DNA from: Octopus sinensis
Lineage: Eukaryota
Assembly (NCBI RefSeq): GCF_006345805.1
Contig: NC_043000.1
Coordinates: forward strand, 135,222,001-135,286,000
Direction: 5' to 3'
Length of the DNA: 64,000 bases
Made by a program: the position numbers and the translations under genes. The notes under the pieces were generated by a model, which was not told the DNA's origin, made no database searches, and saw only the letters and a list, made by a program, of their open reading frames with translations. This document shows positions 25,167 through 37,487 of the stretch, one piece after another (within the stretch, counting starts at the first letter, position 1; each line of letters begins with the position of its first letter).

Positions 25167-25500
25167 GTCCCACTGCGTGGCACCTTGGGCAAGTGTCTTC
25201 TGCTATAGTCTCGGGTCGACCAAAGCCTTGTGAGTGGATTTGGTAAACTGAAAGAAGCTTTTTGTAATATATAAATGCGCGCGTGTGTGTGTGTGTGTGT
25301 GTGTGTGTTGTGTGTGTGTGTGTGTGTGTGTGTATTTGCCCCCAACATCGTTTGACAACCGATGCTGGTGTGTTTACGTCCCCGTGACTTAGCGGTTCGA
25401 CAAAAGAGACCGATAGAATAAGTACTAGGCTTACAAAGAATAAGACCTGGAGTCGATTTGCCTCAGCATGGCCGCAGTCAAATGACTGAAACAAAAGAAT
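25167..25500 (+). mobile_element. SINE family A, 5'-truncated
   Basis: GTCCCACTGCGTGGCACC...GACTGAAACAAAAGAAT. Confidence 0.85.
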
Positions 25501-25655
25501 ATATATATATATAACGCTTTTATAAAATGACTGAACTACTTTTTTTTTTATGATTATCCAAATGATGAGAGGTGATCTGTGTTATGAACTGTCAATTAAT
25601 GTAAAATCAACAGCTGCCAAAAGAATGGGGGAGCACGAGGGAAAGAGATGAAAAA

Positions 25656-25931
25656 CCGCTAAGTTACGGGGACGTAAACACACAAGCATCGGTTGTCAAG
25701 CAATGTTGGGGGACAAACACAGACACACAAACATATACACACACACACACACACATACATATATGTATACATATATAAGGCAGGCTTCTTTCAGTTTCCG
25801 TCTACCAAATCCACTCACAAGACTTTGGGCGGCCTGAGGTTATAGTAGAAGACACTTGCCTAAGGTGCCACGTAGTGAGACTGAACCTGGAACCATGTGG
25901 TTGGTAGGCAAGCTACATACCACACAGCCAC
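25656..25931 (-). mobile_element. SINE family A, 3' part cut at a duplication junction
   Basis: Starts abruptly at CCGCTAAGTTACGGGG directly after the inverted duplicate 25526-25655. Confidence 0.85.
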
Positions 25932-27347
25932 TTTTGTATATGAGAATTTGTACACATAAATTGAAACTGTATGAGGAATATAAAACAAGAATAAACACAC
26001 ACACACACACGTGCATATATCCTGGTAGTTATTCTAGAATTAGTAATAGGAAGAAATTATCGAACGCATTCATTATGAGGAAAATTAGATTTAAAATACT
26101 GTGATAAGATTGTATGTAATTCTCAATAATTAACACCACATCTATAGGTTTAGAATTTGAGCAAAATCCCATTTCTGCTCGCCTGATCTTAAGTAGTACT
26201 TTGCGACTTTCTGTGACTTGTCAACTAAATTAACCATCCAACCTTCTTACTTCCAGTCTTGCTACTTGTAATAAACGCCTTAAACCAACGAGCCATAATG
26301 TTATCCACTTATCGAAATGGCTACAGAATGTCGAAATGTCGATATAAGACCACTAGATTGTTCTGATAAGTAATTTATCTGCAATGTCTTCAGAAGTAGG
26401 TGCTTCAGGTTCACGGATATATTCCGTTCATTCGCTCATTTTTATTTTTATCTCTTTAGCCAATTTGCACCCATCTCAAAAAAAGTGAAGCGGGGAGCTC
26501 GGACCCTTTTGAACGTTGAGCATTTTTACTTAAACAAGGCTAAGTGTGAAAATAAGTGTTCTCTCCCTATTTCTCTCGTTCTCTCTTTCTCTCTCTCTCT
26601 CACACACACACAACAAACAGAATTAAGATCTTTGCGAAAAGACATTAACAGCTTATCGTGAAGACTGGGCCGGATGCAGAATTTTTTGGGGCTGCCGAAA
26701 AAGTATACAATCTCTTGGATTTATAAATCGTGGATCGAATTAACTTTCAAAAAGATATTAACAACGTAGATTTTTCAAATATGTCTACAAATTTGGAACG
26801 GAAAATAAGGCACTTGCAACGACTGTCTGCCCAAATAATCTTAATAATCAAATATATTTTAATTACTTACACACTTCTCAAAATCAACTGTGTTTATTAA
26901 ACTATAGAACCAAGACTGAATTTTTCGTTTTTCAAAATTTCTGCAAACGCTGGACCTTATAAGCAGGGATTACTGTAGTATTTCTATCAGTTCAAAATTT
27001 GAATTAAATTTTAAACTTCTCAAGGTCATTGTTGCAGAATGGGGGACGCTTGTTCCCTTTCCCCCTTATATGTTTAGCTCTCTCTACCCATTAGAAGATT
27101 GATTGCTACATTTGCCATATAGTCCTTTAAGCTAAGAAAAGTACATGCAACATATGTATTTTGAAAAATGCTTCAGATAGAAATTATATACAATCTGTTA
27201 GACTTTGAGAAATTTGCCTCACTTGAAGGAATTGAAGGACTATGTTTCAAATAATGTTTTATTCAAATTACAGTAAACGGACAAAATATATTGCTGAAAC
27301 CTTTAAGTTTTAGCTAGACTGTACAATTTGAATTAATTATTTACAAT

Positions 27348-27710
27348 ATGGTTCCAGGTTCAGTCCCACTGCGTGACATCTTGGGCAAGTGTCTTCTGCT
27401 ATAGCCCCGGGCCGACCAATGCCTTGTGAGTGGTAGACGGAAACTGAAAGAAGCCTGTCGTATACATATATATATATATATATGTATGTATGTATGTATA
27501 TATATATATATAATATATATATATATATAAAATATTATTAGAGACAAAATTTTATGTATTGATTAAGTCTTTCCTTGTTTGTTTTGCAAAATAGTGGTTT
27601 TGTCTCTAATATATTTTATAATATTTTACTATAAAATTGGATTTAATCCTAAATCTGATTTTTTCCCTGTAAATTTGGATTTATTCCCTAATATTTATTA
27701 TTATTATATA

Positions 27711-27769
<59 letters not shown>

Positions 27770-27976
27770 GCGTGTGTTTGTGTGTCTGTGTTTGTCCCCC
27801 TAGCATTGCTTGACAACCGATGCTGGTGTGTTTACGTCCCCGTCACTTAGCGGTTCGGCAAAAGAGACCGATAAGCACTGGGTTTACAAAGAATAAGTCC
27901 CGGGGTCGATTTGTTCGATTAAAGGCGGTGCTCCAGCATGGCCGCAGTCAAATGACTGAAACATGTAAAAGAGTAA
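27348..27976 (+). mobile_element. SINE family A interrupted in its central microsatellite by about 180 bp of AT-rich sequence
   Basis: 5' half 27348-27470 and 3' half 27771-27976 match family A. Confidence 0.85.
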
Positions 27977-28546
27977 TACTTTACGGAACGTATATGTCTA
28001 AGTTGCAATATGAAAACTCGAGATATATGAATCATTTGAAGAAAAATCGATTCCACTTCTACTACAACAAAATTTGGGACTTGTTTCATATAGTAAAAAC
28101 GTTAGTACAGTTTCTGCATATTTAGGAAAAGCTGTATAACTTCATGGAATCTTACCAAACTCTTAGGCAAATGGATACTATGAAGCAACTGTTCATATCG
28201 AAAGAGGTGGTATGAAGTTGCAGTGAATCTCGGTGTTTATTAAAGGATATTTTTAACATACCAGTCTTGAATCATCGAATTGATATTTTTGCTTTGAAGC
28301 TTTAGTTCATACCTTGACGAGTAAACCTATATTCAAAATATTTCCATCAGTGACCATCCCATATATTTTAAGAATTAAATTATCTAATTTGTTCTTACTA
28401 TTTCTTAATATATATATAGAGATAGATAGATATAGGGTAAAGAATTATTAATTTGATAATCAATAAATTTTACCAAGTAGTTTCGGTATGGAAAAAGAAC
28501 CACTATCGGTAGAAACTTTTACAAAAAGTTTTTTTTTTTATATGTG

Positions 28547-28750
28547 TATATATATATATAATTAAATATAATTAAGGGTTTAGCAACAAGTTGTTTCATC
28601 ACATACCGAAAATTTAGAAATAGCAGCCAAAGACAGCTAATTCCTTTTCACTACAGATATGACTCCACAAAAGGAATTAGCTGTCTTTGGCTGCTATTTC
28701 TAAATTTTCGGTATGTGGTGAAGCAACTTGTTGCTAAACCCCTAATTATA

Positions 28751-28770
<20 letters not shown>
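28547..28770. repeat. Long inverted repeat (88-bp complex arms plus TA extension, 20-nt spacer)
   Basis: 28561-28648 is the reverse complement of 28669-28756 with 3 mismatches; spacer 28649-28668. Confidence 0.95.
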
Positions 28771-28784
<14 letters not shown>

Positions 28785-28905
28785 ACAATTTAGGAGTGAC
28801 CCTAACAGGTCATTCGTCCACCAGAAAGAGCAGCCATAACTCACACCGCCAAGTAGTAGTAATTCAGAAATTAGGTGAAAATTTAAAAACATTTACCCTA
28901 ATTCA

Positions 28906-29005
28906 TCTTTTAGACGTTGCAACGTTTCTGTGTCATTAATGATAAATTAGCTTAATTAATTAAATTAAGCTAATCTACCATAGGTTACACTTCATCAGTA
29001 AAAAA
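28906..29005 (-). ncRNA. Type-I hammerhead ribozyme motif
   Basis: RNA sense: UUUUUUA-CUGAUGA-A-GUGU...ACAC-A-GAAA-CGUUGCAAC-GUC-UAAAAGA; 7-bp stem I, palindromic stem III ACGUUGCAACGU, GUC site; A.A replaces the usual stem-II closing pair. Confidence 0.75.
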
Positions 29006-29307
29006 CCTGGCTGCTCTTTCTGGTGGACGAATGACCTGTTAGGGTCACTCCTAAATGTTATATTTATATATTTAGTCGATGACTATTTTCTCTTTTCCAC
29101 CAGGCCGCTGGTAGCAATAAATTTCTATTGAATTTTTTTGCTACCCTAAATTGACTAATTGATAATTTTCTGAATAATTCTGAGATTGAATCGGCAGTTA
29201 TATTTACTGCTGATAAGTTTGGCGCGAATACGTCAGTCTTGAAAATTTTAAGACAGATATTCCGTAGGCATCGATACAGACGCCTCGTGTATATTTGTCT
29301 CTCCAGG

Positions 29308-29408
29308 TTTTTTACTGATGAAGTGTAACCTATGGTAGATTAGCTTAATTTAATTTAATTAAGCTAATTTAATCATTAATGACACAGAAACGTTGCACGT
29401 CTAAAAGA
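29308..29408 (+). ncRNA. Type-I hammerhead ribozyme motif (second copy)
   Basis: CTGATGA 29315-29321, GTGT/ACAC 29323-29326/29382-29385, GAAA 29387-29390, GTC 29399-29401, stem I 29308-29314/29402-29408; stem III lacks one A relative to the minus copy. Confidence 0.72.
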
Positions 29409-31299
29409 TGAATTAGGGTAAATGTTTTTAAATTTTCACCTAATTTCTGAATACTACTACTTGGCGGTGTGAGTTATGGCTGCTCTTTCTGGTGGACGAA
29501 TGACCTGTTAGGGTCACTCCTAAATTGTTATATTTATATATTTAGTCGATGACTATTTTCTCTTTTCCACCAGGCCGCTGGTAGCAATAAATTTCTATTG
29601 AATTTTTTTGCTACCCTAAATTGACTAATATATATATATATATATATATTAGGATTGATTTGCTTTGCTTCATTTTTGCTGGATTTAAATAAATTTAATC
29701 CCATCCCATATATTGTCATTTTAAAAAATAACGAAATGTGTAATTATCATTACTGTATGAGGTCATTTGGATCCTCTGTTAATCGACACAAAATGTACAT
29801 TGTCTCAGATATATTAATAACTGTTTCACAACCTGAATATAGGTTTGAGAGATTGGTGGCAGAAGTTTTAAATGTTTCTATTCTGATACAACGACAGTCT
29901 TCATGTGATCGCTCGACATGTCAGAAATAGCTCACCCAATGGGTTTTATAACCTACCGTGTAGTTTCAAACAGAGTATTTTTTTGAGTGAGTAAATTTCT
30001 TCATAATCAGGATTATTTTTTTTTTAAAAGTCCTTGGAATTTTAAGATGAGTAGAGAGTTTCGTAATATCTACCTAAATGAAACAAAGTAGCTCTAACTG
30101 CTCATAATTACATTTACTCAAGTGCGTACTTCTCTACTTACGCACACGCAGATGCACACGCTTCTCTCTCTCCCCCCCTCTCTCTCTCTATCTCACGCAC
30201 ACACATGTATACTTATTTCTAAATATGCATGGGATATATATACAGACATATAACCCTGCATGTATTTCTGCGGTTTTTTTCCTTCCCTTATCACAACACG
30301 ACATCAACTTCAAAGGATTTTTTTCTTCATTTCGTGATTGTAACAACGTTACGTGGCCCGAATCTATTTTTATCTTTATTTACTCACATGTCATGTGATA
30401 CCCTGATACCCTGGTTTTTTAAAAGCAGAATCCCTTGTCATTAAAGACTAACATAAGATTTCTCTCGCGCTCTCTCTAGTAATTCGAATTTGAAGCTAAA
30501 TTATGCAAGGGAAGTTACATAGTCTTGGAGCCTAACCTCCGTATGCAGTCGGCTGATCAGCAACCAAATTTTCTCAAATCACACACAGCACCCATAAAAA
30601 GGAAAGATATATCGTAGTGAAGTTCTAAAATTTTTTACTCATAGCCAACCTGGAGCAATGGCCAGCATCATCTATCAAATGGTTTGAGATGTGAAGTCAA
30701 TGTCAGCCGAATATCAAAAGACAGGCTAAATGTATTCCGTTTTGTGTTATATTCAGTTAACTCAGCTTTAGGGTGACGAGAACACTCTCCTTTCACTTTC
30801 TGTTAGAGAATAGTTTGCATGCATCTGGACGTGAGACACAAGAACAGGTTTTCATTAAATATACTCTTGATAAGATACAGATCTCAATTTTACTGTGGTG
30901 CTTATTGTAGACATAAGTGATTTTATTTAGTTGCCTTGTACACTGAGGGGCGAGACAAGAGTGAACCTGACCCAGTTTCAAACCAAACACCGAGCCGTAC
31001 TACAGGCTTGCAATTACTAATTCTGAAAGCGACGCAAACATAAAATCTTCTATTTCTGTAATATTTTGGGAAAATATAAAATGTTCTATGAATGTTATAC
31101 TGTAAGCCATAGGGGAATAAGAGCCACAACACGATTGTTACTGTAAACAAAAAGCAGAACAGGAAAAAATATTATTATACGCGTCTCATTAGAATATTTT
31201 AAAAGATGAATATTTTAAAAAATGAATCATGTGACACTAATGAATTTCTGAGAAGAGTCGAAACGACAAATGGTTTGACAATGCCGCTTAAGACCGCAT

Positions 31300-31500
31300 C
31301 ATAACTTCATTCTTGGAATGACTTCTCTTATTTACCACTTGTAACTAATAACTATCTTCTCGGACTCTATTCAAAAGCCCATAGTCCGAAAAAGCGACGG
31401 TTTCTCTCCGAGCTTCACACACACAGATCGTCAAAACATTCGATGGGGCTTTAGTCCCAATTTCAAAAGATGCATTTTGCTTCGTTCCTTCACTTGCAGA
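31300..31500 (-). mobile_element. Possible highly decayed mariner N-terminal fragment
   Basis: Peptide LLKLGLKPHRMF*...GEKPSLFRTMGF loosely resembles a mariner HTH region. Confidence 0.3.
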
Positions 31501-32192
31501 ATCACCAACTTTTTGTTGATTTTACACTGATCAGAAGCTGAATGTATGCAATGCTATTATTAGTTTATATAACGTGTATGTTATACAAGATCTAATTCCT
31601 AATAGCCTACTATAATTGAGACTCATGTGATTTATTATTATTATTTTGTTCTTCCCTATTTTCAGCTCACTTCTCGAAAACCCAGATCAAATTACAAAGC
31701 TACCATTTTGATTTTTAACATTGGGACTGACTAGTGTTAGGTTGTGTTGATGTGATTAAGGCAAAGCGGGATACCCGACAGTCGACGAACGTGCTGTGCA
31801 TGTAATTGTTAGTAAATATTTAAAATGTCGCAGCAACTCAAACAGAATTAAACAGTTTCGTTTTTTGACCTTTTAAACTATTTATTTATCTTCACCGGCA
31901 AGCACCGTTGAGCAAGAGGTAAGCACAACCCACCACTCTCTCTCACACACACACACATACTCCCACCCCCGCACGTAGGCTGAGGACGTAACACGGTTTC
32001 GATACCAGGTTAAAGCGCATTGTATTTAACATACGCAGCTATTGCCCTTGGGAAAAATATGAACATCAAAAATTGTCATTTACTCCGCCCTCAAATATAA
32101 CGACTCGGTTGCCGTATCACAAAGAAAACTCGTTATACCACTTGCTTGTTGTTTTGCATCTTCTGTTCATTTCTTATACTTGTTTTTTTTTT

Positions 32193-32528
32193 GTGACCCC
32201 CTTCGGTCAGACACTAACCATGGGTTTGCACCTAGAGAGTTACCCTCTGAGGCGCAAGTCTGGGCAAAGTTGTTTTATGGAAGACCAGCAGTCGCCCATG
32301 CATACCGGTCTCCCCTCTCCACGTCACCGATGTTGTCCAAGGGAAAGGCAAGGGCCGATTCAGCTTGGCACCTGTGACGTCGCAACTCATTTCTACAGCT
32401 GAGTGAACTGGAGCAACGTGAAATAAAGTGTCTTGCTCAAGAACACAACACGCAGCCCGGTCCGGGATTCGAGCTCACAACCTCACGATCGTAAGCTCGA
32501 CGCTCTAACCACTGAGCCACGCGCCTTC
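32193..32528 (-). mobile_element. tRNA(Arg)-like SINE family C with TSD
   Basis: Head GAAGGCGCGTGGCTCAGTGGTTAGAGCGTCGAGCTTACGATC...TCGAATCCC; TSD ATTTCTTATACT at 32169-32180 and 32531-32542. Confidence 0.9.
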
Positions 32529-34218
32529 ATATTTCTTATACTATACACCAGTTAACCGGTCACTTATTATTATTTGTTTTCCTAGACACATAGATTCTGT
32601 AAAGTTTTCTTCTATTTACAGTGTTGATATGCTTCAGGATTCTTAATCCATGGCTCATGAGATTTTATCAACAAAGACATTGGATTTCCGTTAACACCAT
32701 AGTTAAGAGGGATAACACCAAACCGCTATATGCCATCTCAATATTGAATTCAATGATTAAGACAAGAAATAGATTCGGCTATTTTAACAGTAGCAGATTT
32801 ATAGATTCATCTGACACTAAATAACTTCGTGTAGCAAGTGCCTTAATGTGCCCTGAAGCTTCGACCAGATAAATCTGAAATTCAATGACACAAGTTTGTG
32901 TTCTACAAGCCCTCACTTTCACTTCTAAGAGCAGCTTCCGAGGTATATAAACCGGCACTTTGTGGCTGTTTGTACACAAAATATTTTAAAATATTCAAAA
33001 TTTAACATGGAAACTTTCACAAGAGTTATGGTGTCGTTTGTCAAGTTCTTCAGTTTTTTTCTCTTTTTTCTTATCGAGTCAAATTCATTTGGGTCTGATC
33101 GTGCTATTTCAATTATATTTGGTCAAATCAATATTTCTGACGAAGATTAAGCATACAGCTATTTAGCGTGTGTAATTTTTTGTCACTTCTTCATCAGCCT
33201 CTTCATGGAATCCTTACTGCTTCATCAACCACGAAGCATAAGTAATAATGATAATTAATCATCATAACTTCAATCAACACCCTTTTTACTAAATTGAAAT
33301 CATTAATAGAAGTCATGTCACTGTCACCATACTCATTCTGGTTCAATCTATTTCTCTACTTTCTCAAAACTGCACTTGCTAAAATTGTATCATGAAAGGT
33401 AGTGTTGCCTTGTACGAACTTGTAAGTAATGTAAATAAAAATTATTTTTGAACGTTGATTTATTTAGCTCCGAAATCATCATTTTGATGGGCTCATTTTG
33501 TCAGTGACGTTCAATGCCTGCATCTCAGATTTCCAAATTAAACAATTCAGTCAGGTGCGAATATTTTCTCCTTGTCTCATAAAAAGAAATTTCCCTTTAA
33601 TTTATGGTGCTATATGCATATTTCTGAGCCAAAATCTGAAATATTTTCAGCTTTTCCTTCTACGAGTTGTTAAAATTGCCAAATACAGATGTAGATTCAA
33701 ATAAATCTGGTTTGACTTGAATAACTTCTATTGATTGTTTGGGATTGAATAGTTGTAACATTTTTATCTTAGGAACAGCTTCAGTATTTCATTAAAGTTT
33801 GAATATCTCTGACAAACGGAATAAGAATAGCTGCTTGTTTTTTTACAATTTTTCAACTTATCACACAATGATAGTGCTACATCGGTAAGAAACTCTACAG
33901 ATGAGTCATACAAATAAACAAGTCTTTGCAACTACTCTATCTCCGCGTTGAAAAATAAATGGTTTAAGGTTTCATCATTTGCTGCACAACATTGCGTCGT
34001 GAACGGAGAGAATGTGATTTAATTCTATGTAGTTCATCACCGAGTTTCTTGGAACCGAGATGGTATCTGTGCAGCAAACAATGAACAGTAATTGAGTATG
34101 ACGACAAAACTTTTGAACCAGTCACCATTGGTAATTCACAGTTGGAAACCAACGCGGTAATATATTAGTGGGAACTATAGTGTTTGTTCAAAAAATCCTT
34201 CAAACACTGAACAATTAT

Positions 34219-35597
34219 CGGATCTGTCAAGTTTGGCTTACAAATTTTTTAATTATTTTTTTTTTTAACTAAACAGTTTTGAAACTTCGTATACTGGTGT
34301 AATTTCTCACGCAGAACACAGTTTACTTTGAACATTTTTGACAAAATTTCGTATTTTAGGAGTTATTTCGTGTTAAAGTTGTCGTATTTAGGTAATTTTA
34401 ACCAATCAACGACGTGTATTCATTTGAAGAAAGCTACTGTTGTTTGCGATAGAAATAACTTCCGGGTCATCTCAACTAAATGTCACCATGCTGTTTTTCT
34501 TTCTTTTTCTTTTTTTTTTAACTACCTGTGTTGCATATTACACGCTTTGCTTTCTTTCTCTTTTTTTTTCTTCTTTTTTTGGTTACTCACGTCGGAGTAA
34601 CTAGTAAACATCGAAGAATCAACACCAAGAAGGAAGAACTATTATTTACATATAATTATTCGTTTGCCCGACATTAGTATTTAAGCTGCGGGGCCGAATT
34701 TAAGGGGAAAAATTTGATTTTATCCACACATAAAGTGTTTAAAAGAACTATAGAGCTACAGGTCCGCATCTAGCTTTTTTGATGTTGACGTGTATGTAGT
34801 TTCAAAATATTTTATTTTACAACTATGAGATGTATTGTTATTGCTTTGATTTTATCTTACTATAATCAACAACGAACATATTTTGTCAATATAAAAGTCT
34901 TTATTAGATTTAAAATAATATTATCAAAACATGAAGGTAAAAACAAAACGAATACACTTCGTTTTCTTCCAGGCACCAATGTAGTGTAGCTGTAGTCTTT
35001 CACGTTGTTCACCAACCGACCTTCCCTCTGAAAAAAATCAGTGGAATCAGTTGATCTCTATACACAAACTATTTTCATCCTGGAATTTATAAAGAAAGTA
35101 CACATATTAGGCGCACCTTTCTATAAACCGCACACTAAATTTTCTAGGTGAAAATAGCGGTTATACACCGGAAAATACAGTAATTGTAGTTGCAGTGACA
35201 AGTTCGCTCGCTGTGGTTGGTAGTTGATAGTGAAGTGGCTGTCAGTAGAGAGGAAAAGAGTAAGGAATGCACGGTGCTGACCAGAAAGGAAGAAAGAATA
35301 ACATACGAATAGAACAGAGTGGTAACATTTAGTAGAGATGACCCGGAAGTTGTTCCTCTTCGATTACTATTGTTAAACAGCAGTAGCTTTCTTCAACTGA
35401 ATACACGTCATTGATTGATTAAAATTACCTAAATACGACAACTTTAAACGAAATAACTTCTAAAACACGAAATTTTGTAAAACATATTCAAAGTAAACCG
35501 TGTTCTGCGTGAGAAATTACATTAGTATACGAAGTTTCAAACTGTTTAGTTAAAAGAAATAATTTTAAAAATCTGTGAACCAAACTGAACAGATCCC
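34219..35597. mobile_element. Long-TIR MITE with (G/C)GGATC...GATCCC termini
   Basis: Diverged ~255-bp inverted arms (about 34219-34476 / 35332-35597); flanking direct repeat AATTAT (34213-34218, 35598-35603); removing it rejoins the hAT coding remnant. Confidence 0.85.
35100..35182 (-). mobile_element. One end of a Tigger/pogo-like MITE nested in the long-TIR element
   Basis: Reverse complement reads TA-CTGTATTTTCCGGTGTATAACCGC, typical of pogo-type ends; the other end was not found. Confidence 0.45.
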
Positions 35598-36570
35598 AAT
35601 TATCTTTCCCATCGCATTGTTTCTAGGTACGTGGCAAACAAAAATTCGTAATGAAGGCATTTAAAGTTTGGACTACAGTGCGTTACATAGACATAATTTC
35701 AACTGCTTTATGTTGACTCACTGAATTTGACGGAAAAGCCTGCTGTTATGAAACTCAGAAAATAAGACATTCTCCATATCATCGCTTTCTCATAATTGTG
35801 TCGCTGCATTGATTTGCACCTTGTGACATGCATTTTAGAGCAGGTTGAGAGTTTTTCTTTGTAATTTCAGTATTTTCTGATGGCATGCTTTTTCTCTCTC
35901 AGACGAGATACAATTATCCACTCTACATGAAAGAAGATAAGATATGATGCCTTCAGTTCTGTTTCATTCTCAACACTCACAGATGCTTTATAGATTCTCT
36001 TTAAAGGTATCCGCTTGTGTGACACGATAGCTGAACTGAAAACTTGCCGTTTACTATAGGTTCACAGCTTATGATTCCTTATTCCGTTGGGCATATTTGA
36101 TGACGCCATGCAACTTTTTCAGTTAAAATTATGTCAAGCAGAACCTCCGAAGCTCAGAAATCGTTTCACATTCCACAGTATAATTATCAAATGAACTTAG
36201 ACCAGCCACTTTTTTTTTAAAACTATCTTCGAATTTCACTGAGTGACATTTTTTTTATTTCTAACGCGATAAAACAATTACTTGAAATGCATTAAGATGA
36301 CTATTAGCGAAATGTATATATTAAAAATACGCCTCTTTTAAACTATTATAGAATAGGAGGTAAACGAATTGCCACTGTTTGCAGAGAATTTTACACACTT
36401 AATACTCTGTTAAGTGAAAAAAAAGCATATTTTGTTACTCTTAATATGCCATCATTTCTGAACCGCATCAGCATTTGCAGCTCACCTCATCGCCGCCCTT
36501 TTAAGTTGAATCGTCAAATGTATAGCTTATGTCAAACATGACTAACTCAGTATTAAATATCGCGTGTGTG

Positions 36571-36602
<32 letters not shown>

Positions 36603-37105
36603 TCCGTTAATGATAATACATCGCAAATTCGTTTTATGCGCAATTTATGCCAAACAATAATGAGATGACTAACTTATCCAGTTGGAGAAATATCCGTGCC
36701 ATATGTCGCAGGAGCTTTACGAAATTTTTGGCATAATCTTAGCATAAACTTTTAAATTTACAATATATAGTATTACTAAGAATATGTGTGTGTGTGTAAC
36801 GGAACGCCCTAATTTTGCTCATGCAAACACCTATAATGTGTGTGCGCGCGTGTGTTTTATCAGATGCATTTAATCCATTGAGATAAAGTACTAAAAGTTA
36901 TTCTCTTTGATGTGAACAAGTGAAATTACGTAGTTACAGGCATCTATGTCTTCACATACATAACTGCCCTTGTCTATGTTATCTGATAAAGTTTCAGTAT
37001 CCCTTTCGACCGAAGCAGCTCTGTTGTTCCAGTTGGCCAACTCTTAAGGAGGGATCCTTTTCTTCGCACATCCAACAGTACTGAAAACACTATTCTTTAA
37101 ATGGT

Positions 37106-37487
37106 GGAGGCGCAATGGCCCAGTGGTTAGGGGCAGCGGACTCGCGGTCGTAGGATCGCGGTTTCGATTCCCAGACCGGGCGTTGTGAGTGTTTATTGAG
37201 CGAAAACACCTAAAGCTCCATGAGGCTCCGGCAGCGTATGGTGGTGATCCCTGCTGTACTCTTTCACCACAACTTTCTATCACTCTTACTTCCTGTTTCT
37301 GTTGAACCTGTATTTCAAAGGGCCGACCTTGCCACTCTCTGTGTCACGCTGAATATCCCCGAGAACTACGTTAAGGGTACACGTGTCTGTGGAGTGCTCA
37401 GCCACTTACACGTTAATTTCACGAGCAGGCTGTTCCGTTGATCGAATCAATCGGAACCCTCGTCGTCGTAACCGACGGAGTGCTTCC
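37106..37487 (+). mobile_element. tRNA(Arg)-like SINE family D
   Basis: GGAGGCGCAATGGCCCAGTGGTTAGGGCAGCGGACTCGCGG...GGTTTCGATTCCC head; TSD-like ATTCTTTA at 37092-37099 and 37488-37495. Confidence 0.88.

Larger units (their letters stand above)
28781..29629. mobile_element. Penelope-like pseudo-LTR-type structure (inverted plus partial tandem)
   Basis: 28781-29010 is inverted to 29303-29532; 29009-29159 is repeated directly at 29478-29629; carries hammerhead motifs; bounded by (TA)n tracts. The PLE assignment is inferred from architecture. Confidence 0.65.
32650..36180 (-). mobile_element. Decayed Buster/Charlie-type hAT transposase remnant, split by a MITE
   Basis: Frameshifted motifs in the expected order: ENETELKASYL, FSVKFSEST (cf. 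FSLQLDEST), EFLFATYLET, then across the MITE IIVQCLKDFL and VHCLLHRYHLGSKKL (CxxH). Outer boundaries are uncertain. Confidence 0.7.

Noticed and set aside
31905-31925. Strong donor-like GAG|GTAAGC as the end of Mox exon 1
   Set aside because: The phase-1 frame has a stop just upstream; no coding support
32455-32528. tRNA-like heads of SINE families C, D and A as tRNA genes
   Set aside because: They continue into SINE bodies with TSDs and lack a proper acceptor stem
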